Numbered from the stretch's first letter, positions 1-11,118 are shown. The stretch: DNA of 64,000 nt from Terriglobia bacterium (GCA_963664115.2 CAXWPJ010000002.1:288001-352000), one strand, 5' to 3'. Notes: generated by a model from the letters alone, not told the origin. Made by a program: numbers and translations.

Positions 1-942
1 TTCCTGGACAGCCGTGAACGGTGCTGTGAAGGTCGTCGGGTCCTCTATCGTGACCTGAAACGCCAGCGTATCGGCATCGATCCGCCTGTAGCGTTCGATC
101 AAGTGCAAGTTCTCGCGCGATCCATGGAAATCCGTCTGTTGCTCAAAATTGGTAACGTCGACAACCAGGGTGTCGCCCTCCCACCGACCCCGGGCGTCGC
201 CGTAGCGCTGCCTCATGTGTTGGGGAAGATGGGGACGGTCCGTAATGGGTATAATCCGGCTGAAACCCTGCCCCTGGCCCATATCGTAATTGATCCCGAC
301 AGAGCCGGGAGACTGCACAATCCGCGCCACACCCCCAAAGGTCCCGGACTGGAGTAACACCGGCAGACTGAAGCCAAAACATCGTTCGGGCCCGCTTCGG
401 TCTTCAGGACCATCGGTGCGATTGATTCTATCGAGATTGTAATCTGGAGAAGGTTCCGATCGCCTGGGTGAGATCGGTCCGGGTCTACCCCGGTAAGTGC
501 CTTGCAGCAAGGCCTGGAGAAACTCTCGTTTCTCGGCAATTCTGATCTGGGCCTCGGATGTCAGCGGTGGAATTTTCCCGTCTGGCGGGTCGACAATCTG
601 CGAAGTGCGCGTCCCCCTCGACATGGACGGGTCACCGAACCAGTGGTCGTTGTAGGCAAGGGCGACATCCCTTTCGGTCCCCGCGGCCTCGCGGCTGTCA
701 CGACCCGGCAGTTGGGACCGCTCGACCAGTTGGGACTCGGCAGCAACGATTTCCTCTTCGGTCAGAAACTCTCTCGTGCCGAACTCTTCCGGCCGTTCCA
801 GAGGCGTAACGAAGGGGTTGTTCCAAATCCCCTGCAGATCCGGATCGCCCCACGGTGTCCGGAGTGTTTGACCCGCAGCGGGCGCCGGTGACAGCGACAG
901 GACAACGCATGCGCCGAATAACGCAAAACCAGTCATTTTCAT
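1..942 (-). CDS. Secreted uncharacterised 'RTPWGDPDLxGxW...WEGDTLVV' family protein (3' end runs off the window)
   Basis: Not in the ORF track. Manual translation gives MKMTGFALFGACVVLSLSPAPAAGQTLRTPWGDPDLQGIW...DARGRWEGDTLVVDVTNF...TIEDPTTFTAPF, with a GGAGG RBS upstream. Same motifs as the paralogs at 33-49 kb. Confidence 0.85.
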   Translation of the reverse strand, partial: MKMTGFALFGACVVLSLSPAPAAGQTLRTPWGDPDLQGIWNNPFVTPLERPEEFGTREFLTEEEIVAAESQLVERSQLPGRDSREAAGTERDVALAYNDHWFGDPSMSRGTRTSQIVDPPDGKIPPLTSEAQIRIAEKREFLQALLQGTYRGRPGPISPRRSEPSPDYNLDRINRTDGPEDRSGPERCFGFSLPVLLQSGTFGGVARIVQSPGSVGINYDMGQGQGFSRIIPITDRPHLPQHMRQRYGDARGRWEGDTLVVDVTNFEQQTDFHGSRENLHLIERYRRIDADTLAFQVTIEDPTTFTAPFTAVQE

Positions 943-1371
943 CTCATGTCCCTCCATTACAGATGGCCATCATATCACCAACTTCGGGGAAGGTATTCCC
1001 ATCCGCAGAAGTGAATGGTGACCTACTGATATGCAGGAAACGAACTTGGAACAGCAGTCGCGGATTGATCCCATCATCCTCTTACTCTGACGCCTCGGTT
1101 TCACCTCTTTCATTCTGAATACCGTCCCCCCCGCACGGGGGGACCGTGCGGGGCTTGCTGTGCTCTTTGAGAGATGTTCCGTTTTGCACTTATAGGGCCC
1201 GCGATCATGATGATCGCGGGCGTCGCCGGTCGTTCGGACAGGATGTCCGATTGAACGACCGAGCGAAATCTTCCGTGGCAGGGATATTATGTACCTACAG
1301 GAAAGCCCCCACGTTCGTCCCCAATACTGAAACAAGTTGAAAACCACAGGCGCAGACCCGACAATCACCGG

Positions 1372-2985
1372 ATGCGCTCAACCGTTTGTTTGCTTTTCCT
1401 GACTGCGTCTGCCGCTTTCACAGCTGCGTGTGGTTCGCTACCCGCCGTCCAGTTGATCGAGCTCACGCAGAGGCCGAGCCAAACGGTACCGCTGGCCGCG
1501 TTGGTCACACTGCAAACCGACCAGCCGACGACGGTATCGATCGAACTCAGTGATGGCGTACACACCTGGAATGTGGGTCAGAACACCGAGTTGGCCTCAA
1601 GACATGAAGTTCCACTACTCGGGATGCGTCCGAACCGGACACACTCTGTGACCATTCAAGTCATCGATGCGGGAGGGCGTGTTGCCTCATCGCTGCCTTT
1701 CGAAATCACCACCCCGCCTCTGCCGGAAAACTTTCCGCCTCTGGAAACCCGGATCAGCGAGCCGGAACGGATGGAACCGGGATTCACGATGTTCGACACG
1801 ACCTATCGTGGCGCGGAAGGTCCCGACGATTACGGGCCCCTGATCATCGTCGATGAAGCGGGCGAGGTGGTCTGGTATTACTGGACCGATCACGACGTCG
1901 GCGATGCCCGCAGACTTCAGAATGGAAATATCCAGTATCTGTCCGATCGTGATGGCCGTCTTTATGAAATCGACATGCTGGGTAATGTCATCTCCCAATG
2001 GAGGACCAATCGGGCCGATGCTGACAAAGTCCTTCCGGACAGTGTTGCCATTGACACGGATACTTTTCACCATGAAGCCTTCGAGACCGCATCGGGCAAC
2101 ATCCTCGCTATCGGATCAGAGCTCCGGATGTTCGACGATTATCCAACGAGCGATACGGACCCGAACGCTCCGGCGTCCACTTCGGAAGTGGTCGGTGACA
2201 TTCTCGTGGAATTCGACCGTGACGGCCGCTTGCTCCGTGAGGTCAAACTGCTCGACCTCGTCGACCCCTACCGTATCGGATACAACTCACTGGCAGGTGC
2301 GTACTGGACACCGGTCTACGGTGAACCTGGAGCTATTCCCCGCCGTGACTGGGCGCATACCAATGCGGTGGTCATGGACGCGAGCGAGCGATATGCCATT
2401 GCGTCGCTGCGACACCAGGACGCGGTCGTCAAAATCGACATGGACACTGGAGAACTGGTCTGGATCCTTGGTGATCACAGCGGATGGGGCCCCCAATGGC
2501 AGGAGTATCTGTTGGAACCCGACCCCGACCTGCTCTGGCCCTATCACCAGCACGCACCGATGATCACGCCCATGGGAACGATACTGATGTTCGACAACGG
2601 CAATCAACGCGCGCGACCATTTGAAACCGGCATGGCCGCCAGTGAGTCCTTCAGCCGGGCGGTCGAGTACCGCGTGGATGAAGAGAGCATGGAGGTCACC
2701 GAGCTCTGGTCCTACCCAGGTCCGGGTGAGGAGCAGTACTATGCGAATTTCGTCGGTGACGCCGACTGGATGACCGATACCGGCAACATACTCATTGACT
2801 TCGGCGGTCTCGTCTCGGACAACGATGGCAACTTCGTTGTCGGCAGAGGGCACAATTGGTCACGCATCGTCGAAGTCACACACGAGACGCCCGCACGGAA
2901 GGTCTTCGAACTCCTGATCGATGCCGACCGACCCGACGGCTGGTTTGCATACCGCGCCGAACGTCTTCCGAGTCTCTATCCATAG
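1372..2985 (+). CDS. Aryl-sulfate sulfotransferase (ASST family), exported, N-terminal Ig-like domain
   Basis: Motifs FHHE, DWAHTNAV, SLRHQD, YHQHAP, FDNGN and SRAVEY are typical of arylsulfotransferases; signal or lipoprotein-like N-terminus. Confidence 0.85.
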   Translation: MRSTVCLLFLTASAAFTAACGSLPAVQLIELTQRPSQTVPLAALVTLQTDQPTTVSIELSDGVHTWNVGQNTELASRHEVPLLGMRPNRTHSVTIQVIDAGGRVASSLPFEITTPPLPENFPPLETRISEPERMEPGFTMFDTTYRGAEGPDDYGPLIIVDEAGEVVWYYWTDHDVGDARRLQNGNIQYLSDRDGRLYEIDMLGNVISQWRTNRADADKVLPDSVAIDTDTFHHEAFETASGNILAIGSELRMFDDYPTSDTDPNAPASTSEVVGDILVEFDRDGRLLREVKLLDLVDPYRIGYNSLAGAYWTPVYGEPGAIPRRDWAHTNAVVMDASERYAIASLRHQDAVVKIDMDTGELVWILGDHSGWGPQWQEYLLEPDPDLLWPYHQHAPMITPMGTILMFDNGNQRARPFETGMAASESFSRAVEYRVDEESMEVTELWSYPGPGEEQYYANFVGDADWMTDTGNILIDFGGLVSDNDGNFVVGRGHNWSRIVEVTHETPARKVFELLIDADRPDGWFAYRAERLPSLYP

Positions 2986-3085
2986 ACGAATCTCGTGCTG
3001 CGCCTTGACCGTCGCGAACCCGGCTCAGGTGATCTGACGTGGTGTAGAATGTTCCCGGATCTCTTAATTTACTGGAGGAAAATCG

Positions 3086-3586
3086 ATGGCAATCAGCGCT
3101 TCTCTCTTACCTGAATTTGATCAAGAAATGGCGACATCGCGAATCGTTATTGAACGCGTTCCCGAAGACCAATACGGCTGGAAGCCTCATGAAAAGTCCA
3201 TGACGGCCGGCCGCCTTGCCTCGCATATTGCCGAGATGCCGGCATGGACCAGCGCCAGCATCGACCATGATGTTCTGGATATGGCAGCCGGCCATACACC
3301 ATTCGAGGGTAGTTCGACTGCAGAAGTTCTTGCGCGTTTTGACAAGGACGTCGCAGCGGCCCATGCGGCGATCGCCGGGTGCAGCGACGAGACGTTCATG
3401 AAGGAGTGGTCGCTGAAGAACGGCGACGATACGCTCATGACCATGCCCAAGATTGCGGTTGTCCGCACCTTCGTGATAAACCACATCATCCATCACCGGG
3501 GCCAGCTTTCGGTGTACCTGCGTTTACTCAACGAGTCGGTCCCATCGATCTACGGCCCTTCCGCAGACGAAGGCAGCATGGGCTAA
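3086..3586 (+). CDS. DinB family protein
   Basis: WKPHEKSMTAGRLASHIAE and NHIIHHRGQLSVYLR His motifs; GGAGG RBS. Confidence 0.9.
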   Translation: MAISASLLPEFDQEMATSRIVIERVPEDQYGWKPHEKSMTAGRLASHIAEMPAWTSASIDHDVLDMAAGHTPFEGSSTAEVLARFDKDVAAAHAAIAGCSDETFMKEWSLKNGDDTLMTMPKIAVVRTFVINHIIHHRGQLSVYLRLLNESVPSIYGPSADEGSMG

Positions 3587-3771
3587 GCTGCAGTCTTACA
3601 TGCTCACAGAACAGGCCGCTCCTTTTGGCGAGGACGCTTTGATCCACAGTGCCAAGAGTAAGACGCGAGCGGCCTTTGTGACCTTCCCTCTCTACCAGTG
3701 TTCGCTAGAAGGTACACGAAATTAAGTACAGCTCAGTTGCTTTTTCAGGTGGGACTGGATGACAGGTAGCG

Positions 3772-4733
3772 TCAGCCTGACGATGCCTTACCGGGCTGTT
3801 CCCAAAATTCTGAGTGCCGGAGTCTATCCATATCGTCAGGATTGATTTCGTAGCAGTATTCAGACCCTGGGAAAGATCCCGCATGGACCTCGGAGACGTA
3901 TTCCTCGACGGCCATCTGTGTCAAGGTCAGCAGCCCATCCTTGCGCTCCTCTCTTCCCATCTGGCGGACATCAGCGTAATCGGAGATGTGGCTGAGGAAC
4001 TTGGATGCGACTTGGGGGATGTAGCACTTGGCGAACTTGGGGCGAAACGGTTGATAGAATCCCAGCACGTCATGAATGATCATGAGCTGGCCATCAACCT
4101 TGTTGCCAGCCCCGATTCCGAGGACCGGGATCTCAAGCGCCCGCGCCACTTGTCCAGCCGGTTCGATGGGCATCGCTTCAAGTAGAATCGCCACGGCACC
4201 GGCCCCCTGTAATGCGAACGCGTCTTCCATCGTGGCGTCGAAGCTCTCCAGGGTCTTTCCCTGGACTCGATAACCTCCGAAGGATGTCGCACTCTGTGGA
4301 GTGAGACCCAGGTGTCCGAAGACGAGGATGCCCGCGTCTGCGAGAGCCTTGACACGCGATTCAACGCGACGGCCACCTTCCAGTTTGACCCCGTCACAGC
4401 CGGCCTCCTTAACGAAGCGCAGCGCGTTGTGGACGGCCTCCGCGTCGCTGACCTCGTAAGAACCTTGCGGCATGTCACCGACGATGAAAGTATCTGGAGC
4501 CCCACGTCGCGCCGCCTTCGAGAGCATGATCATCTCATCCATCGTTACAGGATTCGTTGTTTCGTGGCCCAGTTGCACCATGCCACCCGAATCGCCGACG
4601 AGAATCATATCGACACCCGCCTGCTCGGATACGTAGGCGAGGGGAAGGTCGTAAGCCGTAATCCAGGCAACCGGCTCACCATTCCGCTTCATTTTTTCAA
4701 CTCAAAGAGATTCAGCTTGTTCCTGCGTTTCAT
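3772..4733 (-). CDS. panB: 3-methyl-2-oxobutanoate hydroxymethyltransferase (open frame 3772-4692; first 14 codons are out of frame)
   Basis: ITAYD, ILVGDS, VGDMP, GVKLEGG, GHLGLTPQ and GIGAG motifs. ATG at 4733 encodes MKRRNKLNLFELKK then shifts frame at an A6 run. Confidence 0.9.
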
Positions 4734-5075
4734 GGGGAACTCATCCTCGACGGCATTCGAAGCCGCTTCGTGCCCTCGGCGCGAGTCAGACAGTCGAAAC
4801 GGACGGCTATCGCCTGCCGCGTTTCTTAGCTCTCTGCGGGTTCGACTCCGCAGCGCCTTTCGGTAGCGGTATATTCGGAATCAACTGCAGGGGCACAGAG
4901 TACCGGCGTTCCTGACGCTCGGAACAGCGTCCTGGACGATACCGGTCACCTCCGCTTTCATGCGGTACTTCAATTTTATATCAAAGCGGCCTTAAGGGAT
5001 TCAACCGTGTCCCAGAAAATCATCTTCGCTGACAAGACCCATCGGCGCCACTGTCGATATCTCTGTTACAGGTCA

Positions 5076-6995
5076 CTAATACGCGATCGCGTAGCAGTCT
5101 CGGCGTGGATCCGCTGCTGCCAGTCGATTCTGGGTGAGCGGATCGATCATGACGGCCGTCGCGCAGCCCGACATTCCAAAGGTACGCAGCCGGTCCACGT
5201 CATGGCCGCGGGCTCGCAACTCGTCATAGACAACATCTGGAATCGGGGTCTCGACCCTCAGCCGGTTGAAGTCAGGCGAGTGCGGCCAGAACGAACCGTA
5301 CAAGTGCAGGGTTTGCACCCGCCCTCGCTCCAGAGCCGCATGTAGATTCGGATACCAATCGTCCCAAAACTCAACGATGCTGAGAAAGGCTTGCAGAATC
5401 GTCTGTTCCTGGTTGTCACCACCGGGCGTTCCCAGAGCCATCATCGGCACGTCACCGTCGAAAACGAGAGTCGGAGTCAAGGTGTACCGTGGCCGCGCGT
5501 GTGGGCGGATCTGGTTCGCCCGCGCAGGATCCAGCCAGAATTGCTCGCCGCGGACGCTCATGCCTATTCCGGTTTCTCCGAGGATAACGGCACCACCAAT
5601 CCAACCGCCACTGGGCGTCACGTCGAAGATGTTCCCGTCTTTGTCGATGATTGCAATGTGTGTCGTGTCCTTCATGACGCCGGTAGAGTCCTGACCGAGT
5701 GAAGCCAGCCTGTTGGCAGCAGAGACTTCCAGTGCGGCGTCGCCTGCGGTGGCATCTTCGATATCGGCTTTCCAGTAGTTCCACTGGTCAACGTTCGAAT
5801 CGTATGGCAGTGGGTCGCCGGCGACAAAAGACCTGGACGCGTGCAGCGGATCGATGAGTTTCGCCCGCTCGCTGGCGTATTCTTTCGACAGCAGCCCCTC
5901 GGAAGGCACCGCCACGAATGTGGGATCTGCATAATAGGTATCCCTGTCCGCGTAAGCCAACTTCATCGCCTCGACCACGGTGTGGATATAATCTGCACTC
6001 GCATGTCCCATCGCGTTCAGGTCGAAATTCTCAAGAATGTTGAGCATTTGAAGGAGAGCGGGGCCCTGACTGCCGAAACCATGCTTGTATATGGTGTAGC
6101 CGCGGTAGGTGGTTTTCGCGGGTTCCTCAATTCTCGCAAAGAACTCGGCAAAATCGGAGTAGGCAAACGGTGCTCCGTTGTTCTGAAGGAAGCTGACCAT
6201 CTCACGGGCAACATCGCCCTTGTAGAAGAGATCGCGCGCAGCCCCAATCCCGGCAGCGCGTCCACTGGAACTCGCCGCACGCTCGGCCTCAACCATTCGC
6301 TTGAGTGTTCTGGCGAGACTCGGGAGCTTGATTGTCTCGCCGGCCTTGTAGAGTGACCCATCGGGTTTGAACCAGTACTGTTGATTGTCCGGCCAGGCCT
6401 CGAAGAATTGCAGATTGTTCTCAATCGCCCGCGCGGTGCTCGGACGGAGCGGAAAACCGTGCTCGGCGTACTCAATCCCTTGTGCGGCGACCTCTTCGAA
6501 GCTCATCGTTCCCCAGCGCTCGAGCACCGTCAACGCAGCGTGGACAGCGCCCGGCACAACTGCAGGATCGAGTCCTTCACCCTGGAGCGTCTTGTTCCTG
6601 GATCGGTACCAATCGACGCTGACCTCGCCCGGCGCCCAACCCTGACCGACCACTGAGGTCACTCTCTGGTCATCCCTCGGGTAGACCAACACCAGCGCTT
6701 CGCCTCCGAGACTGTAAAGATCCTGTTCGAGTACCCCGCCTGCAATCAAGGCTGCGACTCCAGCGTCAAACGCGTTTCCGCCCTTCAGGAGGATGGCGAA
6801 GGCCGTAGCCGTCGTCAGCGGGTGACCCGTGGATATACCACCGGACGGACCCATCACAGCGGGTCGAAGCGCAGATCCCGCGGGCTGCTGATCCTGGACG
6901 GGCACCTGTCGCGCGTCGGCGACAATTCCCATCAACCCGATTGCTAAACCGGCAATCGTCAAGACCGCCACAAAAGCACTGAGTTCACGTATCAC
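5076..6995 (-). CDS. ggt: Gamma-glutamyltransferase family (Ntn hydrolase), exported
   Basis: GGNAFDA, VPGAV, EAMKLAYADRD, nucleophile motif DTTH, GTPGGD, AADPRR. Confidence 0.9.
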   Translation of the reverse strand: MIRELSAFVAVLTIAGLAIGLMGIVADARQVPVQDQQPAGSALRPAVMGPSGGISTGHPLTTATAFAILLKGGNAFDAGVAALIAGGVLEQDLYSLGGEALVLVYPRDDQRVTSVVGQGWAPGEVSVDWYRSRNKTLQGEGLDPAVVPGAVHAALTVLERWGTMSFEEVAAQGIEYAEHGFPLRPSTARAIENNLQFFEAWPDNQQYWFKPDGSLYKAGETIKLPSLARTLKRMVEAERAASSSGRAAGIGAARDLFYKGDVAREMVSFLQNNGAPFAYSDFAEFFARIEEPAKTTYRGYTIYKHGFGSQGPALLQMLNILENFDLNAMGHASADYIHTVVEAMKLAYADRDTYYADPTFVAVPSEGLLSKEYASERAKLIDPLHASRSFVAGDPLPYDSNVDQWNYWKADIEDATAGDAALEVSAANRLASLGQDSTGVMKDTTHIAIIDKDGNIFDVTPSGGWIGGAVILGETGIGMSVRGEQFWLDPARANQIRPHARPRYTLTPTLVFDGDVPMMALGTPGGDNQEQTILQAFLSIVEFWDDWYPNLHAALERGRVQTLHLYGSFWPHSPDFNRLRVETPIPDVVYDELRARGHDVDRLRTFGMSGCATAVMIDPLTQNRLAAADPRRDCYAIAY

Positions 6996-7449
6996 CCGGC
7001 CCTCCTTTGCTGACGCACGCTAATATTCGTGTCTTTCAACGACAAGCGAAAATCGATGAGAAAATTTGGAAACAGTTCGCATTGGATGAATAAGATTGCC
7101 GGTGGAATTTGAGGTCACTCAAAGCGGCCCATGTCCAGCTTGCGGCGACACAGGCCTGGGGATTGTCGCGTGCCGATCTTCGAGAGGCTGGTCCGTCAGT
7201 GGTTCGGACGCATTCACACAACATCGAAGAAACGAATGCTTGGTCTCGAAAAGTCCAACTCCCGACAAGAGGGTTTGCCGACAGACGCTAATGGGCATAT
7301 TTCCGCGAGCGGTCCGTGTCCGGTAAAGTGACTATCGTTCTTCGAGAACCGCAAGAGGGGTGAGAATCGGAGCGTACACCACTCCCGGACTCCCGGGCTC
7401 ACTGCCTGTTCGCATCAAAATGTCTGCGTCAATGCGATCGTCAGCCCGG

Positions 7450-7842
7450 CTAGTCCCACTCCTTCTCGACTCCATGGCCGCGTGCCAGATCACCATGTAA
7501 GGGTGTCACATAGCCCAGAAGACAGCCATTGGAGCCGTCCCTGAGTCGATGACAGCGCACGCTGATCGTGTCGCCCGTTCTGACGTCTTGGCGCTGGATT
7601 TCGTTGCGTAAGAGCCCTTCGGGACCGGTGGCTTCCAGAGCCCACACTGCGCTCTGACCTGCGTCGTCCGTGATATCGAGGTAGATCCAGGAATGCGGGC
7701 GGACCAAATGCACTTCCCTGACCGTACCCTCATAAGTCGTCCACTGCGATACGTCGTAGTTGCCATGGGAATGGTGCGCTAATACCGGCATGGCTAGGAC
7801 GACTACACAAACGGCTGCAAGGCCCCATGATTTAAACTGCAT
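7450..7842 (-). CDS. DUF6152-like secreted protein
   Basis: Signal peptide then AHHS..YD, RPHSWIYLD and W.LE motifs. Confidence 0.8.
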   Translation of the reverse strand: MQFKSWGLAAVCVVVLAMPVLAHHSHGNYDVSQWTTYEGTVREVHLVRPHSWIYLDITDDAGQSAVWALEATGPEGLLRNEIQRQDVRTGDTISVRCHRLRDGSNGCLLGYVTPLHGDLARGHGVEKEWD

Positions 7843-7911
7843 CGTTACCTCCTTTTCATCAACAGAATCGGATTCAAATTTATCGCTCGCGTCATCTCGT
7901 TCTCACGACGG

Positions 7912-8553
7912 TCACCGGTCACGGGGAGGTGCTGGAAATCCGTTGGCGTAGGTCGTCGCATAGCGAATTCTTCTGCCCTCCTGATCGAGGAATCCCAGCG
8001 ATTGCTGGAACAGCATTGGCGGTGGTGCATCCGCGGGCACGGTGCCCTCCAGGATATAGAGACGGTCTTCGTGCATATTGACTGCAGCGAACGTGAGGGA
8101 TCCATCAGAGTTTTTGAGGTGAAGCGTACGTCCTGCAACGCGATCCGCTTGGTAGTACACAAAATGCGTCAGCTCAGCCTCCCTTTGAAGAAGATGCCAC
8201 GTCGCATCGTCCATCGCTGACCGCAAATCCGTGGCCGTGTGGTTGTTGCAACTGTCACCACCTCCAATGTCAGCCTGGCAGCTTACGACGAGCGCTGCGT
8301 GTCTCTCTGCGGCGTCCCCATAATTGACCACAGTGACCGAGTAGCGGCTGGGGCCATTCTGGTGGCTATAGACACGCGCCGGCAAGGTGATGAAATATGC
8401 CGTGTCATAGGTGCTGTCCTGCACCTCAGGTTCACCCGGAAAATTGATGGTGAAGAAATCCTGTTGACTGGCATACTCGATCCAGCCTTGCGCGAAGGAA
8501 GGGCACGAGCAAAACAAGATTAACGCTGCTGCGATCACTGGAATCAGGCGCAT
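7912..8553 (-). CDS. Hypothetical secreted protein
   Basis: Start at MRLIPVIAAALILF with GGAGG RBS; signal peptide ending SFA; F.INFPGEP motif. Confidence 0.65.
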   Translation of the reverse strand: MRLIPVIAAALILFCSCPSFAQGWIEYASQQDFFTINFPGEPEVQDSTYDTAYFITLPARVYSHQNGPSRYSVTVVNYGDAAERHAALVVSCQADIGGGDSCNNHTATDLRSAMDDATWHLLQREAELTHFVYYQADRVAGRTLHLKNSDGSLTFAAVNMHEDRLYILEGTVPADAPPPMLFQQSLGFLDQEGRRIRYATTYANGFPAPPRDR

Positions 8554-8805
8554 AGTTGGTCCTCCCAAAATCCCCATCCCGTCGTAGTGCTCCTCGAGTA
8601 TCTTCAGCTGTGTAGATTTTCGAATATTACACCGGCGTGCCCGGCGCGGCGAGTTTTTTCTGACCATCCCGCACCCGGACACAAAGAAAATGGTATTGGC
8701 CGGGGGCAGAGCCCGGTGGATGCTGCCCGTCTCATGTGCAGCTTCTAAGTTCTCTGCAATCCGCTCTACGCCTTACTTCCCTTTGGCCTTCGAGAACTGC
8801 ACTAG

Positions 8806-10654
8806 TCCCAAAACAAGCGCATAACCAGTCCGCCGAGGCCCAGTTCGCGCCGATAGAATTCGAGGCATAGAATCCCGTTCCCGGATGGCCTGTTCCAGGT
8901 ATCGAGTTTCTGTTGAATCTGTTTCAGTTCAGCCTCGCTGGTGTTGGACGGTTGACAGAAACCGGGACCTCGATCGCCCGGGCTCAGAGTCATGATCGGG
9001 TCAACATCGCAGAGGCTGACGCAACACATCCACCCCGCGGAACAAGACCGGCAACCACCGGTTCCAGGCCAGGATCCGGAACAGAATGCGCCGCCCGGTG
9101 CGCACGAGTTGGCACGGCACAAGCATGAAAGCGTTCAAGAAGGTTTTGAACTCCATGCGCAGCACGGTTTGCTTCTCAGCCTGATATTTTTGGCCCCAAC
9201 GTCCGGTTTCGGGAAGCAGCAATGCAAACCACGCTTTCAGTGTCCAGGCCAGTGACGCGATCACCATGTAGGCCCAGTTGCTGGTCTGATCTCCGACCGG
9301 CATCCGCAACGCCTGAACGCCGTTCTTCAACTGCTCAATGAGATTCTCCTGATTGCACCGTTGATTGGCACGCATCACAATCTGGTCGGCCGGATCCGAA
9401 CGGTTGGTAATGTAGAAGAAGTACCGGATGTCGTCAAACAACACCTGCTCTCCTTTGGCCACCGACAGATTCTTCCGCACCACGACGACACGGTAGTCCC
9501 GATCGCAGGCTCCGGGTCGATACCGAAACTCGGCCACATCCTCACCCTGCAAGCGGATATTGTCGAAACCGCGCTGCCGAACGATCTCTTCCTTCACGTT
9601 GTCGGGACGTTGGCGCGGTTCGGTCGCCACGTCGTATTTCGCGGGCCGTTCCAGGCGCTTCCACTGGCGCGGCTCCAGTTCATCGGCCCGGGCCTTCAGG
9701 TTCGCCATCGCGTCAATCCCGAATATGAAACCCACCTGCTGGTCGTCCCATCCGTCCAGATGCCGGGTCTGGCTGAAGTCCGTGTCCCCGCGCAGCAGGA
9801 TCTGGCGAAACCCCGCATGCCGGCACAATGCGATGGCTTGGTCGAACCGGACCGCGGCTCCTTCATGCGACGGCCGGTTGCCGCTACGATTGACCAGATA
9901 CAGCGGTTCGGCGGTGTTGGCCAGCGAGATCATCAGCGGGTGATATCCCCACGTCCCGTCGTAGGCCACGTCCATCCCTTGCTTGCATTCCCCCGTGGTT
10001 TCGGCCAGTGTCCCGTCCGCGTCCAACACCGCTTCTTCGAAAAACGCCGCCGGTTGCTGTCGCCAGACTCCGAGCCGGACTTGATTGGTTGCCTCCATCA
10101 GACACTCCACGTCGTCGGCCTCGAATCTCCGGCAGAAGTCTCCCGCCGTCGTCGGATCCGGAATCCGTTGCGCTCCCAGCGCATCCAGATACACCGCATC
10201 GTTGCGCCGCAGTTCGATGTCTTCCAGGCACGTTCCTCCGCTCAAGGCGTTGTAGGCGATGTTCAGCACGTGATCCGACTCGTGATACGGCAGGTGCCGC
10301 TTCAACACATGCACGCCCTTGTCGATGGCTTCGATCAGCCCGGTCCGCCGCGCCACCAGTTGCATCGTCCCGATACCACCAACCGATGTGCCCCGCGTCC
10401 GCTCTCCCATCTCGTACTGAATGTTGCTCGCCGAAAACATCGGCTCTACCTGATCCGTCCAATGCCGGTCCCCAAGCCGACGTTCGATTCGCCGCTTGCG
10501 GTTCCTCATGTTCTTGCGCGTATAATCGTTCATCTGAAATGCCTCCTTTTCCGAAGAATCTGTTCAAGGTTTTTTTCGCACGGAGAGGGGGCATTTCGGG
10601 TACTTCCGCTCTTATTGCACTATCATTTCCTCGTCAATCACGCTTGTTCAGGGA
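8806..10654 (-). mobile_element. IS1380-family insertion sequence, copy 1 (1849 bp, flanked by CTAG)
   Basis: Terminal IRs TCCC(TG/AA)AACAAGCG; CTAG on both sides; near-identical to 23313-25161. Confidence 0.9.
9001..10533 (-). CDS. IS1380-family DDE transposase
   Basis: LDADGT, GYHPL, LRGDTDF and NQRCNQENLIEQLKNG motifs. Confidence 0.9.
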   Translation of the reverse strand: MNDYTRKNMRNRKRRIERRLGDRHWTDQVEPMFSASNIQYEMGERTRGTSVGGIGTMQLVARRTGLIEAIDKGVHVLKRHLPYHESDHVLNIAYNALSGGTCLEDIELRRNDAVYLDALGAQRIPDPTTAGDFCRRFEADDVECLMEATNQVRLGVWRQQPAAFFEEAVLDADGTLAETTGECKQGMDVAYDGTWGYHPLMISLANTAEPLYLVNRSGNRPSHEGAAVRFDQAIALCRHAGFRQILLRGDTDFSQTRHLDGWDDQQVGFIFGIDAMANLKARADELEPRQWKRLERPAKYDVATEPRQRPDNVKEEIVRQRGFDNIRLQGEDVAEFRYRPGACDRDYRVVVVRKNLSVAKGEQVLFDDIRYFFYITNRSDPADQIVMRANQRCNQENLIEQLKNGVQALRMPVGDQTSNWAYMVIASLAWTLKAWFALLLPETGRWGQKYQAEKQTVLRMEFKTFLNAFMLVPCQLVRTGRRILFRILAWNRWLPVLFRGVDVLRQPLRC

Positions 10655-11118
10655 CTAGTGCTAAGACGTCCTGCCACACGAGCCGGCCGATCGGCCCCGT
10701 GCTGTAGACCCCCACCATGATTTTGCCATCGGGGGCCAGGACATATCCTGTGCCGTGGAGGATCTGGCGGCGATCTTCATAGAAGCATCCCGTCAGAGCA
10801 GACACCGCCTTGAAATCCAGGCCGTATCCCATCGGGAAAATTGATGCCGCACTCTTCGATTGTCTTTTGTGTGTTTTCCTCCGAATCCACGGAGGCGGCC
10901 ACAACTTTGATGCCTTCTTCGGCAAGCTTACGCGTCTTCGCGAAAGCGGTCAGTTGCTGACGGCAGTATGGTCACCAGTGCCCGCGATAGAAGAGAACGA
11001 CACCAAAGCTTCCCCCAAGTACATCGGGAAGACTGAGTGTGCCTCCACCGGCGCGCTGGATTTCAAGCTTCGGAAACGCATCGCCCGAATCCAATATCTT
11101 CGTGCCTTCTCTTGGCAT
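10638..11118 (-). CDS. AhpC/TSA peroxiredoxin-like protein with in-frame TGA (FYRGHW-U-PYC), probable selenoprotein; one frameshift; native C-terminus displaced by IS1380
   Basis: Reading through TGA 10974-10972 gives PYCRQQL...GIKVVAASVD. One extra base at a T4 run near 10840. Original tail VQFSKAKGK* lies at 8802-8773 beyond the IS. Confidence 0.75.

Noticed and set aside
1124-1144. GC hairpin GTCCCCCC...GGGGGGAC between divergent genes
   Set aside because: Single copy with no U-tract; function cannot be assigned.
9361-10707. Long antisense or alternate-frame ORFs (also 12156-14105, 23299-24606, 42338-43396, 45689-46567, 57114-58007)
   Set aside because: Shadows of well-supported genes in GC-rich DNA, with no family motifs.
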